Notes: generated by a model from the sequence alone, not told the origin. A DNA stretch of 64,000 nucleotides from Alphaproteobacteria bacterium (GCA_965225945.1 CBDDBZ010000033.1:247533-311532), one strand, 5' to 3'; shown: positions 23,237 to 33,975, counted from the first letter of the stretch. Made by a program: numbers and translations.

Positions 23237-23991
23237 ATTTGGGGATCGAAGGCAAGGTCGCTCTGGTCACCGGGGCCGCGCGCGATATCGGACGCGAGAT
23301 CGCCCGTGCGCTCGCCGCCGAGGGCGCGAAACTGGCGATCAACTACAACAGCTCGGGCCGGGCGGCGGCCGCGCTGGTCGAGGAGATTACCTCCCAGGGT
23401 GGCACGGCCCGGGCCTACCAGGGCGACGTCGGCGACTATCGGGCGGTCGAAGCCATGGCGGGCAAAATCGAGACGGATCTCGGTGCCATCCACATTCTGG
23501 TCAACAACGCCGGATGGGTGGAACCCAAGACCTTCCTCGAGTCGACGCCCGAGGAATGGAAGCGCCAGATCGACGTCGGGCTCTATGGCGTGATTCATTG
23601 CTGCCACGCCGTCGGGCGGCGGATGATCGCCAACGAGGGCGGACGCATCATCAACATCGCCGGGGATTCGGCCCGGGTCGGCGAACGGCGCCTGGCGGTG
23701 ACCGCGTCGTCGCGGGGTGGTGTCCTCTCACTCACCAAGTCGCTCGCGCGCGAGTTCGGCGGCGCCGCCATCACGGTCAACGCCATCGCCTTCGGCCTGA
23801 TCGAAACTTCGCACAGCGATAAGGTTTGGCTCGACGAGCACCGCGATCGGATCGTGCGCCACTATCCCCTGGGGCGGATCGGCACGCCCGAAGACGTGGC
23901 GCCGATGGTCGCCTTCATGGCCTCGGCCGGCGCCGGCTGGATCACCGGCCAGGTCATGAGCATCAACGGCGGCTATAGCATGGTTGGGTGA
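23233..23991 (+). CDS. SDR family oxidoreductase (atypical active site)
   Basis: TGAARDIG, NNAG, ITGQVMSINGG; TASSR replaces YxxxK. Confidence 0.85.
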   Translation: MNLGIEGKVALVTGAARDIGREIARALAAEGAKLAINYNSSGRAAAALVEEITSQGGTARAYQGDVGDYRAVEAMAGKIETDLGAIHILVNNAGWVEPKTFLESTPEEWKRQIDVGLYGVIHCCHAVGRRMIANEGGRIINIAGDSARVGERRLAVTASSRGGVLSLTKSLAREFGGAAITVNAIAFGLIETSHSDKVWLDEHRDRIVRHYPLGRIGTPEDVAPMVAFMASAGAGWITGQVMSINGGYSMVG

Positions 23992-24181
23992 ACGCGCCGT
24001 CCCGACAAAGCCGCGCGGCCGGACTGCCCGACGGCGGCAAACATAGCGCCTCGGAAGACCCGGCCACCAAGTGGCCGCGATCGTCGGAATGCGCGGGCAA
24101 GCCACGGCGACCGCCGCGAGGCGTTGACCGGTGGAATGCGGGCCACGTATCGTTGGCCCGCGCGAGGTCAGATGCGGGGCG

Positions 24182-25516
24182 CTATCGTTCCTCAAAACCT
24201 ATTCTGCAGCGGGGGGGGGGGGGGGGGGGTCCGAGACGAACGACCCGGGCGACAGTGTCGGTCGTTGGACCCGGCGGAAAGATTGCAACGGTCGCATCGG
24301 CCGATATGCAGGCGGAATGCTGGCGCTGTGTTCTTTTTCTCAACGGTGTCGGCGCAGCGGAAACGGGCCGCTCGCTTCTTGCAGCACCTCCTGGGACAGT
24401 GCCGTTGTCGGTCCTTAGGCCGCGAGGCGCTCGTACCGGTGATGAAGTCCTCCAACTCGAGGAAACGCAACCACCTTTCCGCCGTCGGCCGACTGGACGG
24501 GCCGTCCGTCGGGCGTATCCTTCCCGAGCGCCAAGTGCGTGCGAGACCCGTGGTAGTAGGCGAGGTAGGAACAAAGAATCTGTCGGAGATGGCGCTCGTT
24601 GAGAACAATGACGTGGTCCAGACAATCTCGCCTGATCGAGCCGATTGCCCTTTCGACGAACGGATTTTGCCATGGGCTTCGCGGCGCCGTCACAACCTCC
24701 TCGATGCCCATCGCCTTCAACCGCTCCCGAAACTCCTGACCGTACGCCCCGTCCCGATCACGCATGATATACCGTGGTGCCGTGTCCCACGGAAAAACCT
24801 CGCGGATCTGCTGCGCCACCCACGCCGTGGTCGGGTGTGCTGTAACACCGACGTGCTCGATGCGCCGCCGTTCGTGGCGTAGCACGATGAAGACGAACAG
24901 AACGGCGAACGTGGCCGTCGGCACCACAAAGAAATCGGCCGAGACGAGGCAGCCGACGTGGTTGTCGAGGAACGTCCGCCACGTCTGCGACGGTGGCTTC
25001 CGATGCCGCACCATGTACCTCGATACCGTCGCCTCCGATGCCTCGATTCCCAGCTTCATGAGTTCGCCGTGGATGCGAGGAGCGCCCCACAAGGGGTTCT
25101 CCCGACACATTCGACGGATGAGTTCGCGGACATCCTTGGGCACCGGAGGCCGTCCTGGTTTGCCGCGCCTGGATTTCCAGGTCCAGAATGCACGAAATCC
25201 CCTGCGGTGCCAGCCGATGACGGTTTCCGGCCTTACGATCACCAGCACCTCGCGCCAGCGCGGCCAAAGGCGGGAAAGGATGACCCAGAACAAGCGGTCG
25301 AGCGTCTGGAGCCGCGGCCGTCGCCTTTCCCGCTTCAGGATTGCCACCTGCTGGCGGAGGGCGAGGTTTTGCAGGTGTAGCGACGCGCGGCTGAGGAAGC
25401 TCTCGCGCAGCGTGGTGGAGAGAATCATGATGGTCGCTTGCATGCCGACGACGGTAGTCGGCAGTGGCCGGAAACGCTATGATTTCTGCGGCAGATGGGG
25501 TTTTGACGAGCCACAG
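24182..25516 (-). mobile_element. IS3/IS481-like element with an integrase-core (rve) transposase at 24415-25443
   Basis: ENPLWGAPRIHGEL, ADFFVV, RDRDGAYG, PWQNPFVER, GGLHHRY. Imperfect inverted ends ctatcgttcctcaaaacctattc / gatggggttttgacgagccacag. Confidence 0.8.
24211..24229 (+). repeat. G19 homopolymer
   Basis: Seen directly in the sequence. Confidence 0.9.
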
Positions 25517-25658
25517 CCAAATCCGCGGATATACCCGCTGTGATTCGTCTCTCCCGTCCAGGACAGGATGCTTCCAGCCGCACAACCTCCGGTAATTTCA
25601 AGCAAATCAGCGACAGCCGGGTGAACCTGTTTTACTATATGAATCAATGACTTAGAAT

Positions 25659-25732
25659 TGGCTGGGGGAGAAGGATTCGAACCTTCACTGGCGGAGTCAG
25701 AGTCCGCTGTCCTACCATTAGACGATCCCCCA
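25659..25732 (-). tRNA. tRNA-Gln(CUG)
   Basis: TGGGGGA acceptor stem, anticodon arm GCGGA-CT-CTG-AC-TCCGC, GGTTCGAATCC T-arm, encoded CCA. Confidence 0.95.
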
Positions 25733-25954
25733 TATCCGGGTGGCCAAGGCAGCGAAGCGCCCGCGTCATGATTTAGGTTTCACCGCCGCCGTTGTCAATC
25801 GGCCTCGCCACGCCCGCCGCCCCCGCCTCTCGCGCTGTCGCCGGGAGCGGGCGCGGCTCGCCATCCTCCGCCCTCGGCTGGACGGAGCCGACGGGCGATG
25901 TCATATTCCGGCCGGCGTCGAGGCGGGCGCGCGACACGGGGAAGAGTGAAATCG

Positions 25955-26305
25955 ATGAGCGCCACCATCGGCACGAGGCTGATGACCTGGTGGAAGGGCG
26001 AGCGAGTCGGCGAGGACAACTTCGGCAACGCCTATTACCGCGAGAAGGACGGCGGCAAGCGGCGCTGGGTGATCTTCGCCGGCCGGCCCGAAGCCTCGAA
26101 GGTGCCGCCCGAATGGCACGCTTGGCTGCACCGCACCGTCGAGGAAGCCCCGAGCGAGAGCGCGCCCCCTCGCCACGATTGGGAGAAGGCGCACCTCCCC
26201 AACTTCACCGGCACCGATCACGCCTACCACCCGCTGGGAAGCCTCATCGGCGGCGGCGTACGGGCGCCCGCGACCGGGGACTACGAGCCCTGGCGGCCGA
26301 ACTGA
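25955..26305 (+). CDS. NADH:ubiquinone oxidoreductase subunit NDUFA12 family
   Basis: GEDNFGNAYY, RRWVIF, EASKVPPEWHAWLH, DYEPWRP. Confidence 0.93.
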   Translation: MSATIGTRLMTWWKGERVGEDNFGNAYYREKDGGKRRWVIFAGRPEASKVPPEWHAWLHRTVEEAPSESAPPRHDWEKAHLPNFTGTDHAYHPLGSLIGGGVRAPATGDYEPWRPN

Positions 26306-26333
26306 CGCGCGGCTCTGATTGCGCCGGCCCGCC

Positions 26334-26750
26334 ATGGTCCCGCCTCTCGCCCTTCTTTCGCTGCTTCTGGGGGCCTTCGTCGCCCTCGAGGCGAGCGCCC
26401 AGACGACCTCCGCCTCGATCCGGGGCGACATCGTCGTCGTGCGCGGCCTCGACCGGATCACCGCCCGGGTCACCGACATGGAGATCGCCCTCGGCGAGGC
26501 CCGGAGCTTCGGCCGCCTGGTGATCACCGCCCGGGTCTGCTATTCGCGCCCGCCCGAGGAGCCGCCGGAGACCTCCGCCTTCCTCGAGATCAAGGAGTTT
26601 CGCCACGGCGAAACTCAGTCGACGCCGCTCTTTACCGGCTGGATGTTCGCCTCCAGCCCGGCCCTCTCGGCGCTGGAGCACGCCGTCTACGACGTCTGGG
26701 TGATCGCCTGCAAAACGGCCGCGCCCGAGGCGCCCTCGGCCAAGCAGTAG
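26334..26750 (+). CDS. DUF2155 domain protein
   Basis: RGLDRITAR, PPEEPPE, FTGWMFASSPALSALEHAVYDVWV. Confidence 0.9.
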   Translation: MVPPLALLSLLLGAFVALEASAQTTSASIRGDIVVVRGLDRITARVTDMEIALGEARSFGRLVITARVCYSRPPEEPPETSAFLEIKEFRHGETQSTPLFTGWMFASSPALSALEHAVYDVWVIACKTAAPEAPSAKQ

Positions 26751-27337
26751 AAGTCGCCTCGGGCGTCGAGCGCGCTCGCCAGCAGTTGGTGATAGCGCTC
26801 GCGGGCGATTTCGACGGCGCCGAACTGGGCCAGATGCGTGGTGGTGAACTGCGCGTCGAGCAGGAGGTAGCCGCCGGCGAGCAGACGGGCCACCAGATGC
26901 ACCAGGCCCACCTTGCTGGCATCGCGTTCATGGCTGAACATGCTCTCGCCGAAGAAGGCGGCGCCCAGCGCCACGCCATAGAGCCCGCCGACCAGCCGGC
27001 CCTCGCGCCAGACCTCGAGGCTGTGGACGAAGCCTTGGGCGTGGAGATCGCCGTAGAGATCGACGATCCGCTGGTTGATCCAGGTCCCCTTGGTGTCCCG
27101 TCGCGCGGCGGCGCAGGCCCTGATCACGCCCTCGAAGCGGCGGTCGACGGAAACCTCGAAGCGCTCGGCGCGAACGGTGCGGGCGAGCCGCCGCGGCACG
27201 TGGAATTGCCTCGGCGGAATGATGCAGCGATGCTCGGGGTCGACCCAGAAGAGCGCGTCGTCCCGCCCATCCTCGGCCATCGGAAAGACTCCGGCGGCAT
27301 AAGCGCGCAGCACCAGATCGGGCGTGATCTCGACCAT
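26687..27337 (-). CDS. aat: Leucyl/phenylalanyl-tRNA--protein transferase
   Basis: LRAYAAGVFPM, TWIN, VGGLYGV, FFGESMF, DASKVGL. Confidence 0.93.
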   Translation of the reverse strand: MVEITPDLVLRAYAAGVFPMAEDGRDDALFWVDPEHRCIIPPRQFHVPRRLARTVRAERFEVSVDRRFEGVIRACAAARRDTKGTWINQRIVDLYGDLHAQGFVHSLEVWREGRLVGGLYGVALGAAFFGESMFSHERDASKVGLVHLVARLLAGGYLLLDAQFTTTHLAQFGAVEIARERYHQLLASALDARGDFYCLAEGASGAAVLQAITQTS

Positions 27338-27496
27338 CGGCCGGGCGGTCTCCCTCGCGTTACGCAGGCTGGGCCCACCGATCATGAACCGGCCGGCCCA
27401 GCCTGTGCAACGTGCCCCGCTTTCACCATCCTCGGCTCGCCTCGGTCACCTGCGAGAGCCTTTCCTACAGCTCATCGTGTTCGCTAGACTTCCGCC

Positions 27497-27620
27497 ATGT
27501 TCGAGGGCACTCAGCGCAAACTGGCGGCGATCTCGGCTGGCGACGTCGTCGGTTACGGCCGCCTTAGGGGCGATGGCGAAGAGGGAACCCTGGCGCGCCC
27601 GAAGGCCCACCGGCACCGAT
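27497..27620 (+). pseudogene. N-terminal fragment of a class III adenylate cyclase
   Basis: QRKLAAISAGDVVGYGRLRGDGEEGTLARPKAHR is a degenerate RRLAAILAADVVGYSRLM..DE.GTL motif; similarity ends there. Confidence 0.65.
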
Positions 27621-27723
27621 GGCGGTCCATGTCATGTCTCGGCCGACCCGGCAGAGCCGAAACCGGCGTCAACTCATCTCATCGGCGGTGGATCCGCCAT
27701 CGAAGACGGCTCGATGGTGGACG

Positions 27724-28542
27724 ATGAGAAGTCTCGAAGAACAGGCGCAAATTGAACGCTTTGCGAAGACCTATCTCTGTGCCCAAACACCAACCATGCG
27801 GGCGATCGAACGCAGCGTTTGCGGTTGCGACTACGGCGGAACGAGCTGGACTACGCGTGAACAATGCGAGCAAATCAGTGCGCTCTTGGAACTACGCCCG
27901 GGAATGCGGCTGCTGGATGTAGGTGCAGGCTCCGGTTGGCCGGCGCTGTACATGACCGGGTCGAGCGGTTGCGACATCGTGCTCGTCGATCTTCCCTTGG
28001 CGGGACTTAAGATCGCCGCCGAGCGCGCGGTTTTGGATGGCATAATCAGCCGTTGCCGGGTCGCTGTCGCCGACGGCGCGAACCTGCCGTTTCCCGACGA
28101 GTGCTTCGATGCCGTCAGCCACAGCGACCTGCTCTGCTGCCTCGGGCCCAAGCGCGCGGTTCTCGGGGCCTGTCGGCGGGTGATCCGCCGAGGCGGCCGC
28201 ATGGTTTTCTCGGTGCTCTCCGTCGCGCCGGGGCTTTCGCCGGCAGATTATTCGCGTGCCGTCGAGAACGGGCCGGAATTCATCGAATCGGAGGCCGATT
28301 ATTCGACGCTGCTCACCGAGACGGGTTGGGGACGTGTCGAGCGTTTCGACCTGACGACGGACTATGCCGCCTCATGTCGCCGTCAGCTTGAAGCCGATGA
28401 AGAGCACGAGGAGGCATTGCAGACGCTCATTGGCGCCTCCGAGTTTGGGGAGCGCAATGTCGGGTGGCGATCAAAACTCACGGCCATCGGCGACGGGCTC
28501 CTACGACGCGAGCTCTTCGTCGCAACAAGCAGCTCGACATAG
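27724..28542 (+). CDS. Class I SAM-dependent methyltransferase
   Basis: LLDVGAGSG motif I and LPFPDECFDAV. Confidence 0.85.
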   Translation: MRSLEEQAQIERFAKTYLCAQTPTMRAIERSVCGCDYGGTSWTTREQCEQISALLELRPGMRLLDVGAGSGWPALYMTGSSGCDIVLVDLPLAGLKIAAERAVLDGIISRCRVAVADGANLPFPDECFDAVSHSDLLCCLGPKRAVLGACRRVIRRGGRMVFSVLSVAPGLSPADYSRAVENGPEFIESEADYSTLLTETGWGRVERFDLTTDYAASCRRQLEADEEHEEALQTLIGASEFGERNVGWRSKLTAIGDGLLRRELFVATSSST

Positions 28543-29010
28543 GCTCGATTGCCGAAATTTCCGGACGACCGCCACTAGCGCGCGAACGGCCCATTGTCCG
28601 GGCGGATCCCCCCTGACCATTAGGGCTTTCTAATGGAAGGCCCGTTGCTGAGGGGACTCCTGACGTCGATTCGGCAAAACCCGGCGTTCGGCCATCAATA
28701 TCGTCTATCGGGGGTAGACTTCCCGTCGGGCGAGGGAGGCCGATTCGGTGATTCCTAGAGCAATATTCGAACGGATGGAATCGGCGCGGTTCCCTCCGTT
28801 CGGATAGATTTGCTCTATTCTTCAATAAGATAGCGCAGCTTTATCCGCCAGTTGGATCGCCGGAAGCGATTTCCTTTCGGACGGATGCGGCTCTAGCCAG
28901 AACCGGTCATGGCGATGCCATTCCAATGGCATGGATTGTCCGGTCCTTGGTCGTTAGTCTTCTGGGCGAGGATGAGACGGGGCGTTTAGCTGGAGTTGGG
29001 GGAATGCGAA

Positions 29011-29481
29011 ATGGCAAATAAGGACCAATTCGAAAAATTCAGAAAGATGCTGTGGCCGAAGATCGAGGATGCTTCCACGGCCATGGAGGCCTCGAAACTT
29101 GCGCAGTGGGTCGGAGTTCTGATTGCCATCGGATATGGGCTTGCTCTGGTTCTTGCGATATCAACCGATCAATATCCCGATGGAACACCAGCTGAAGACG
29201 AAGCGGAACTGTATGGGATGGCTTTCTTTTCCGTCGTGCTGCTATTGCTCGCCTTGTTGTTCTGGTTTCTGGCCCGACAGGGCAAGGGCTGGGCTGTCTT
29301 GATCTTATCCGTATGGGGCCTGATCGAGGCGGTCGTTAAGCTGGTCACATTGCCCGGTCAGGGTGTCATCCTGACGATATTGATAATCCTGTTTTGCATC
29401 AGTGGGATTCGGGGCTGGTTTGGCGTCCGCAAATTCGGCCAACCAGGCGTGCCGCCAGACGAGACGGCTGTCTCCGAATAG
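29011..29481 (+). CDS. Hypothetical multi-pass membrane protein
   Basis: Four hydrophobic segments; lower GC than the flanking genes. Confidence 0.65.
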   Translation: MANKDQFEKFRKMLWPKIEDASTAMEASKLAQWVGVLIAIGYGLALVLAISTDQYPDGTPAEDEAELYGMAFFSVVLLLLALLFWFLARQGKGWAVLILSVWGLIEAVVKLVTLPGQGVILTILIILFCISGIRGWFGVRKFGQPGVPPDETAVSE

Positions 29482-29590
29482 GAGTGTCACCCTCGCCGCG
29501 TCTGCCCAGATGACGGATTGCGCGTCCGTCCCCTTCCGAGCGAGTTAGCCTACAGTCGTGCCTCGGCATCGCAGCCGACGGGAGGGCCGG

Positions 29591-30436
29591 ATGAAGCGTC
29601 TGGTCATGATCGGCCTTGCCGTCTTGCTTCTCGCCGGCCTGGCGCTGGCCGGCCATGCCACCTTGATCGAGCCGGACCGGCTGGTGACGCGACGCCTCGG
29701 CCTCGCCTCGCCCCACTGGCCGGCCGGGCGAGCCCCGCTCCGCATCGTGGCGATCTCCGACCTCCACGCGGGCGCCCCCCATATCGACGCCGGGAAGATC
29801 GCCGAGATCGTGCGACGGGTAAACGCGGAAGCTCCAGACCTGATCCTGCTGCTGGGGGATTTCGTCATCCATGGCGTCATCGGCGGAAGCTTCATGGCGC
29901 CGGAGACGCTAGCCGCGCTGTTGGCGCCGCTCAGGGCGCGCTATGGGGTGGTCGCGGTGTTGGGCAATCACGACTGGTGGCTCGACGGCGAACGGGTCCG
30001 AGCAGCGCTCGAGGCCCAAGGCATCACCGTCCTGGAAAACGCCGCCGTGGCGCTCGGCGAAGGCGAGGAGCGCTTCCACGTCGCCGGTCTCGCCGACGAT
30101 TCGAGCCGGACACCGGACGGCCGGGCCGCGCTCGAGGAGGTGCCGGAGGAAGCGCCGGTCATCATGGCGATGCACAATCCGGCGGCGATCGAAGTTGTGC
30201 CGCGCCGGGTCGCCCTCTCGCTGGCCGGCCACACCCATGGCGGACAGATCTATCTGCCGTGGCTGTTTGATCCGGTGGTGCCCGGGCGGGCCGGACCCGA
30301 CCTCGCCCATGGCCTGATCCGCCGCGACGGCAAGCCGATCTACGTCACGGGCGGGATCGGCACCTCGATTCTGCCGGTGCGGCTCAACATGCCGCCCGAA
30401 ATCACCGTGCTGACCCTGAGCCACGGGCTCGAATGA
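29591..30436 (+). CDS. Metallophosphoesterase (YkuE-like)
   Basis: SDLH, GDF, GNHD, HNP, GHTHGGQ. Confidence 0.92.
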   Translation: MKRLVMIGLAVLLLAGLALAGHATLIEPDRLVTRRLGLASPHWPAGRAPLRIVAISDLHAGAPHIDAGKIAEIVRRVNAEAPDLILLLGDFVIHGVIGGSFMAPETLAALLAPLRARYGVVAVLGNHDWWLDGERVRAALEAQGITVLENAAVALGEGEERFHVAGLADDSSRTPDGRAALEEVPEEAPVIMAMHNPAAIEVVPRRVALSLAGHTHGGQIYLPWLFDPVVPGRAGPDLAHGLIRRDGKPIYVTGGIGTSILPVRLNMPPEITVLTLSHGLE

Positions 30437-30529
30437 CGCCGCCTCGCGGCGTTGTTCGCGGCCGAGCTATCCTATAGAGACGCGGAGCTAGAGACGCGGA
30501 GCGCGGGAACGGCCGGGGGAGAAGGCGAG

Positions 30530-32017
30530 ATGGCGAGGGCGGACGGGCAATACGACGTGGTCGTGGTCGGCGGCGGCAATGCCGCCTTCTCGGCCGCGCT
30601 GGCGGCCCAGGAACGCGGCGCCCGAGTGGCGGTGCTGGAACGCGCGCCCGAGGAGGAAAGCGGCGGCAACAGCCGATTTACCGCCGGCGCCATTCGCTTC
30701 GCCTACCGGAGCGTCGAGGACATCCAGCAGCTCACCGAACTGACCGAGGAGGAGGTCGCCACCACCGACTTCGGCACCTACACCGAGGATCAGTTCTTCG
30801 ACGACATGTTCCGCGTGACCAAGTACCGCGCCGATCCGGACCTGGTCGAGATCCTGGTCAGGCGGAGCTTCGAGACCATGGTGTGGATGCATGGCAACGG
30901 CATCCGCTTCGTGCCGATCTACGGCCGGCAAGCCTTCAAGGTGGACGGCAGGTTCAAGTTCTGGGGCGGGTTGGCGCTGGAGACCTGGGGCGGCGGTCCG
31001 GGCCTGGTGGACTCCGAGACCAAAATCGCCACGGAGCGCGGCATCGACGTGCTCTATCGCTGTCGCGCGCTCGAGCTGCTGCAGGACGGCGACCGGGTCC
31101 ATGGCGTCAAGGTGCGCCACGCCGGCGAGCGCTATGAAATCCAAGCCCGCTCGGTCGTCCTGGCGAGCGGCGGCTTCCAGGCCGACCCCGAGATGCGGAC
31201 CCGCTACCTGGGACCGGGGTGGGAACTCGCCAAGGTCCGCGGCACCCGCTTCAACACCGGCGACGGCATCAAGATGGCGCTCGACGTCGGCGCCGCGGCG
31301 CGCGGCAACTGGTCCGGCTGTCACGCCGTCGGCTGGGACTTCAATGCGCCGGAATTCGGCGACCTCGCGGTCGGCGACGGCTTCCAGAAGCACTCCTATC
31401 CCTTCGGCATCATGGTGAACGCCACCGGCCGGCGCTTCCTCGACGAGGGCGCGGATTTCCGCAACTACACCTACGCCAAATACGGCCGGGTGATCCTGGA
31501 GCAGCCAGACAATTTCGCCTGGCAGATTTTCGACAAGAAGGTGCTGCACCTCCTGCGCGACGAATACCGGATCCGTCAGGTGACCAAGGTCTCGGCCGAG
31601 AGCCTGGAGGAGCTGGCGGGCAAGCTGGAAGGGGTCGACCGACAAGACTTCCTCGACGAGATCGCCAATTACAACGCCGCCGTCCGCACCGACATCGGCT
31701 TCGATCCGAACGTCAAGGACGGGCGGGGGACGCAAGGCCTAGCCCTCGACAAGACCAACTGGGCCAACACCATCGAGGAGCCGCCCTACGAAGCCTATCA
31801 GGTCGGCTGCGGCATCACCTTCACCTTCGGCGGCTTGCGGATCGACACCCAGGCCCAGGTTCTCGACACCGACCTGGAGCCGATACCCGGGCTCTTCGCG
31901 GCCGGCGAGTTGGTGGGCGGCCTGTTCTATTTCAACTACCCCGGCGGCAGCGGGTTGATATCGGGCTCGGTGTTCGGACGATTGGCCGGCACCTCGGCCG
32001 CTGGCGGCAACGAATAA
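30530..32017 (+). CDS. tcuA: FAD-dependent tricarballylate dehydrogenase TcuA family
   Basis: VVGGGNAA, GGNSRFT, RFLDEGADFRNYTYAKYG, GITFTFGG, NYPGGSGL. Confidence 0.85.
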   Translation: MARADGQYDVVVVGGGNAAFSAALAAQERGARVAVLERAPEEESGGNSRFTAGAIRFAYRSVEDIQQLTELTEEEVATTDFGTYTEDQFFDDMFRVTKYRADPDLVEILVRRSFETMVWMHGNGIRFVPIYGRQAFKVDGRFKFWGGLALETWGGGPGLVDSETKIATERGIDVLYRCRALELLQDGDRVHGVKVRHAGERYEIQARSVVLASGGFQADPEMRTRYLGPGWELAKVRGTRFNTGDGIKMALDVGAAARGNWSGCHAVGWDFNAPEFGDLAVGDGFQKHSYPFGIMVNATGRRFLDEGADFRNYTYAKYGRVILEQPDNFAWQIFDKKVLHLLRDEYRIRQVTKVSAESLEELAGKLEGVDRQDFLDEIANYNAAVRTDIGFDPNVKDGRGTQGLALDKTNWANTIEEPPYEAYQVGCGITFTFGGLRIDTQAQVLDTDLEPIPGLFAAGELVGGLFYFNYPGGSGLISGSVFGRLAGTSAAGGNE

Positions 32018-32058
32018 TACCGGTGAGCCTATGAGCTGACCTGTCCGCCACAACGGAT

Positions 32059-32167
32059 GTCATCGCGAGCGAAGCGTGGCGATCCAGAGCCACGCGAAAG
32101 ATGTCGACGTATCCGGGCGGCTTCGAAGCCGCCTGGATTGCCACGGTGCGCAGCACCTCGCGATGAC
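32059..32167. repeat. Alphaproteobacterial palindromic REP/RPE-like element
   Basis: gtcatcgcgagcgaagcgtggcgatccag ... ctggattgccacgg...ctcgcgatgac folds back on itself. Confidence 0.7.
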
Positions 32168-32857
32168 GGCTTTGCGGCGCGCAGCACCTCGCGATTGACG
32201 GCGGTGCGAGCTGCCGGCGAGGAGTCGAATCATCGGATCGACACTATGATGGTACCAGCCCTTCTCACCTTCGATGGTGAGCGAGGTGCCGGGGGCTGTA
32301 AAGGTTGAGCCTTCGGCTCCCCGCTACGCGGCTTCGACCTTGACAGCCCCCGTCCCCTCACTCCCACGCTCCGCCATGAGAAGTATTGGGGAGAGGAGGC
32401 CATCGTGTTCCCTCGACGTCGATCCCGCCGGATAACCGCTATCGCATATCCTTTCCTTACCCCCGCTCCACGCCATTAGTTGGCATGGCGGAGCAGGAAA
32501 GGTGAGCGACGCCGCCAGTCAAGGCCGGAGCCGCGCAGCGGTGGCCCGTAGGGCCAGCCTTTACTTGCGGCGGCGCCCGACGGATCATCGAGTCTGCCAT
32601 CGAGGGCGGAAATACGAGCACCTTTGCGAAGCGAAAAAGACCCCCGGACACGCGAGCCTTCTTCCCCTCCGAATGGCGCTACGACCCGCGCATCGCGGGA
32701 CCGGTTTACTCTCTCGCGGCCGCGCCAAAACGTCAAAGTGCCGGGCGCGCGGCCCTGGCTCGCCACGCCTCGCCCGGCCCGACGACTCGTGCGGCCGATG
32801 GCTCCGTTCATAGGCTCGCCGGTATGATACCAACCGACGTAAGTCCCGACCGCGACG

Positions 32858-33376
32858 TCAGATCCGCTTTTCCCTCGGGTTGAAGATCTGCGGCGGCGCC
32901 TGTGGTCGCTTCAGGGGTGGCATCGGCGGCGGGCGAATTTCGACGTTGAGATCGCCGAGATCCTCCAGGCTCTTCTTGAAGAAGGGCCTGGTGATGACGA
33001 TACCGACGCGGCGGCGGACCGCCTCGTCCACCGCATCCTCCAGCTTCTCGGCGAGCTTCAGGTTCCACGGCACGACATAGGCGCGCGGCTCGATCGAACC
33101 GTCGAGGCGGAGCCAGAGATAGATCGCCTTGCCCTCGTCGAGGCTGACGCCCAGCAGCGCCGCGCTCTCGACGTGGCGCTCGTACCACTCGAAGCTGGCG
33201 GGCTTGGGCTTGCCCAGGACCTCGACGATCTGGGCATAGACCACCGGCAGGAACAGCGCGGTAACGGCGGTGGCGAGGATGCGGATGCGCGCCCGGCGCG
33301 GCGCCCAGATCGCGAAGGCGGCGAGGGCCGCGGCGAGGGCCGTCGCGGCGGCGAATACATAGAAGAGAATGCTCAT
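32858..33376 (-). CDS. Hypothetical membrane protein (2 TM, soluble domain, Pro-rich tail); third gene of the MotA-like operon
   Basis: ORF lies 2 nt from the upstream stop; hydrophobic N-terminus. Confidence 0.75.
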   Translation of the reverse strand: MSILFYVFAAATALAAALAAFAIWAPRRARIRILATAVTALFLPVVYAQIVEVLGKPKPASFEWYERHVESAALLGVSLDEGKAIYLWLRLDGSIEPRAYVVPWNLKLAEKLEDAVDEAVRRRVGIVITRPFFKKSLEDLGDLNVEIRPPPMPPLKRPQAPPQIFNPREKRI

Positions 33377-33378
33377 AC

Positions 33379-33975
33379 CTATCTCCCGGTGATCAGCGGG
33401 CGGCGCAGCGTGCTGACGCTGCCCTCGACCAGTTCACCCTCGCTCGTCAGGCGAAAGCGGAACGCCGTCTCCTCCTGACCGTGGCGCTCCAGTTTCACCG
33501 TGGTGGCGAGAAGTTGGCGCGTGTCCTCGAGCCACTTCTTGACGCTCACGACGATGCTGACGGGCACCGTATCACCCTTCGAGAGCGGCCCGTACATGTG
33601 CACGTTGATGATATATTCGCCCGGCGGAATGCCCCGGCTGTAGCTGACCTCGTAGTTGCGGTCGGTGGCGTCGCCCTCGATCCCGAGGTCGTCGCGCAGC
33701 AGGTTGAAGGTCTGCCCCCCCTGGTTCCAATAGCCCACCGGGACCTCACGCGGCGCCTTTACCCAGAGATCGACGTCGACCGGCAGATCGTTGGGCCATT
33801 GCATCTCGACGATGACGTTGCCGGGCGCCCTGTGCTCGTCGGTCTCGGTCTTCACCGGGCGGACGTGGGGCAGCAGCATGATCACCATGGCGACGAAGCC
33901 GATCAACGCCAGCAGGATGACGTCGCGAAAGACGGTGCCCCAGCTTTCCTCGTCGAGCGGATCAAGACCCTGCAC
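33379..33975 (-). CDS. Single-TM protein with an Asp at the TM start and a YfaP/DUF2135-like soluble domain
   Basis: VFRDVILLALIGFVAMVIMLL TM; WPNDLPVDVDLWVKAP, LLRDDLG, PGEYIINVHMY. Confidence 0.75.
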   Translation of the reverse strand: MQGLDPLDEESWGTVFRDVILLALIGFVAMVIMLLPHVRPVKTETDEHRAPGNVIVEMQWPNDLPVDVDLWVKAPREVPVGYWNQGGQTFNLLRDDLGIEGDATDRNYEVSYSRGIPPGEYIINVHMYGPLSKGDTVPVSIVVSVKKWLEDTRQLLATTVKLERHGQEETAFRFRLTSEGELVEGSVSTLRRPLITGR

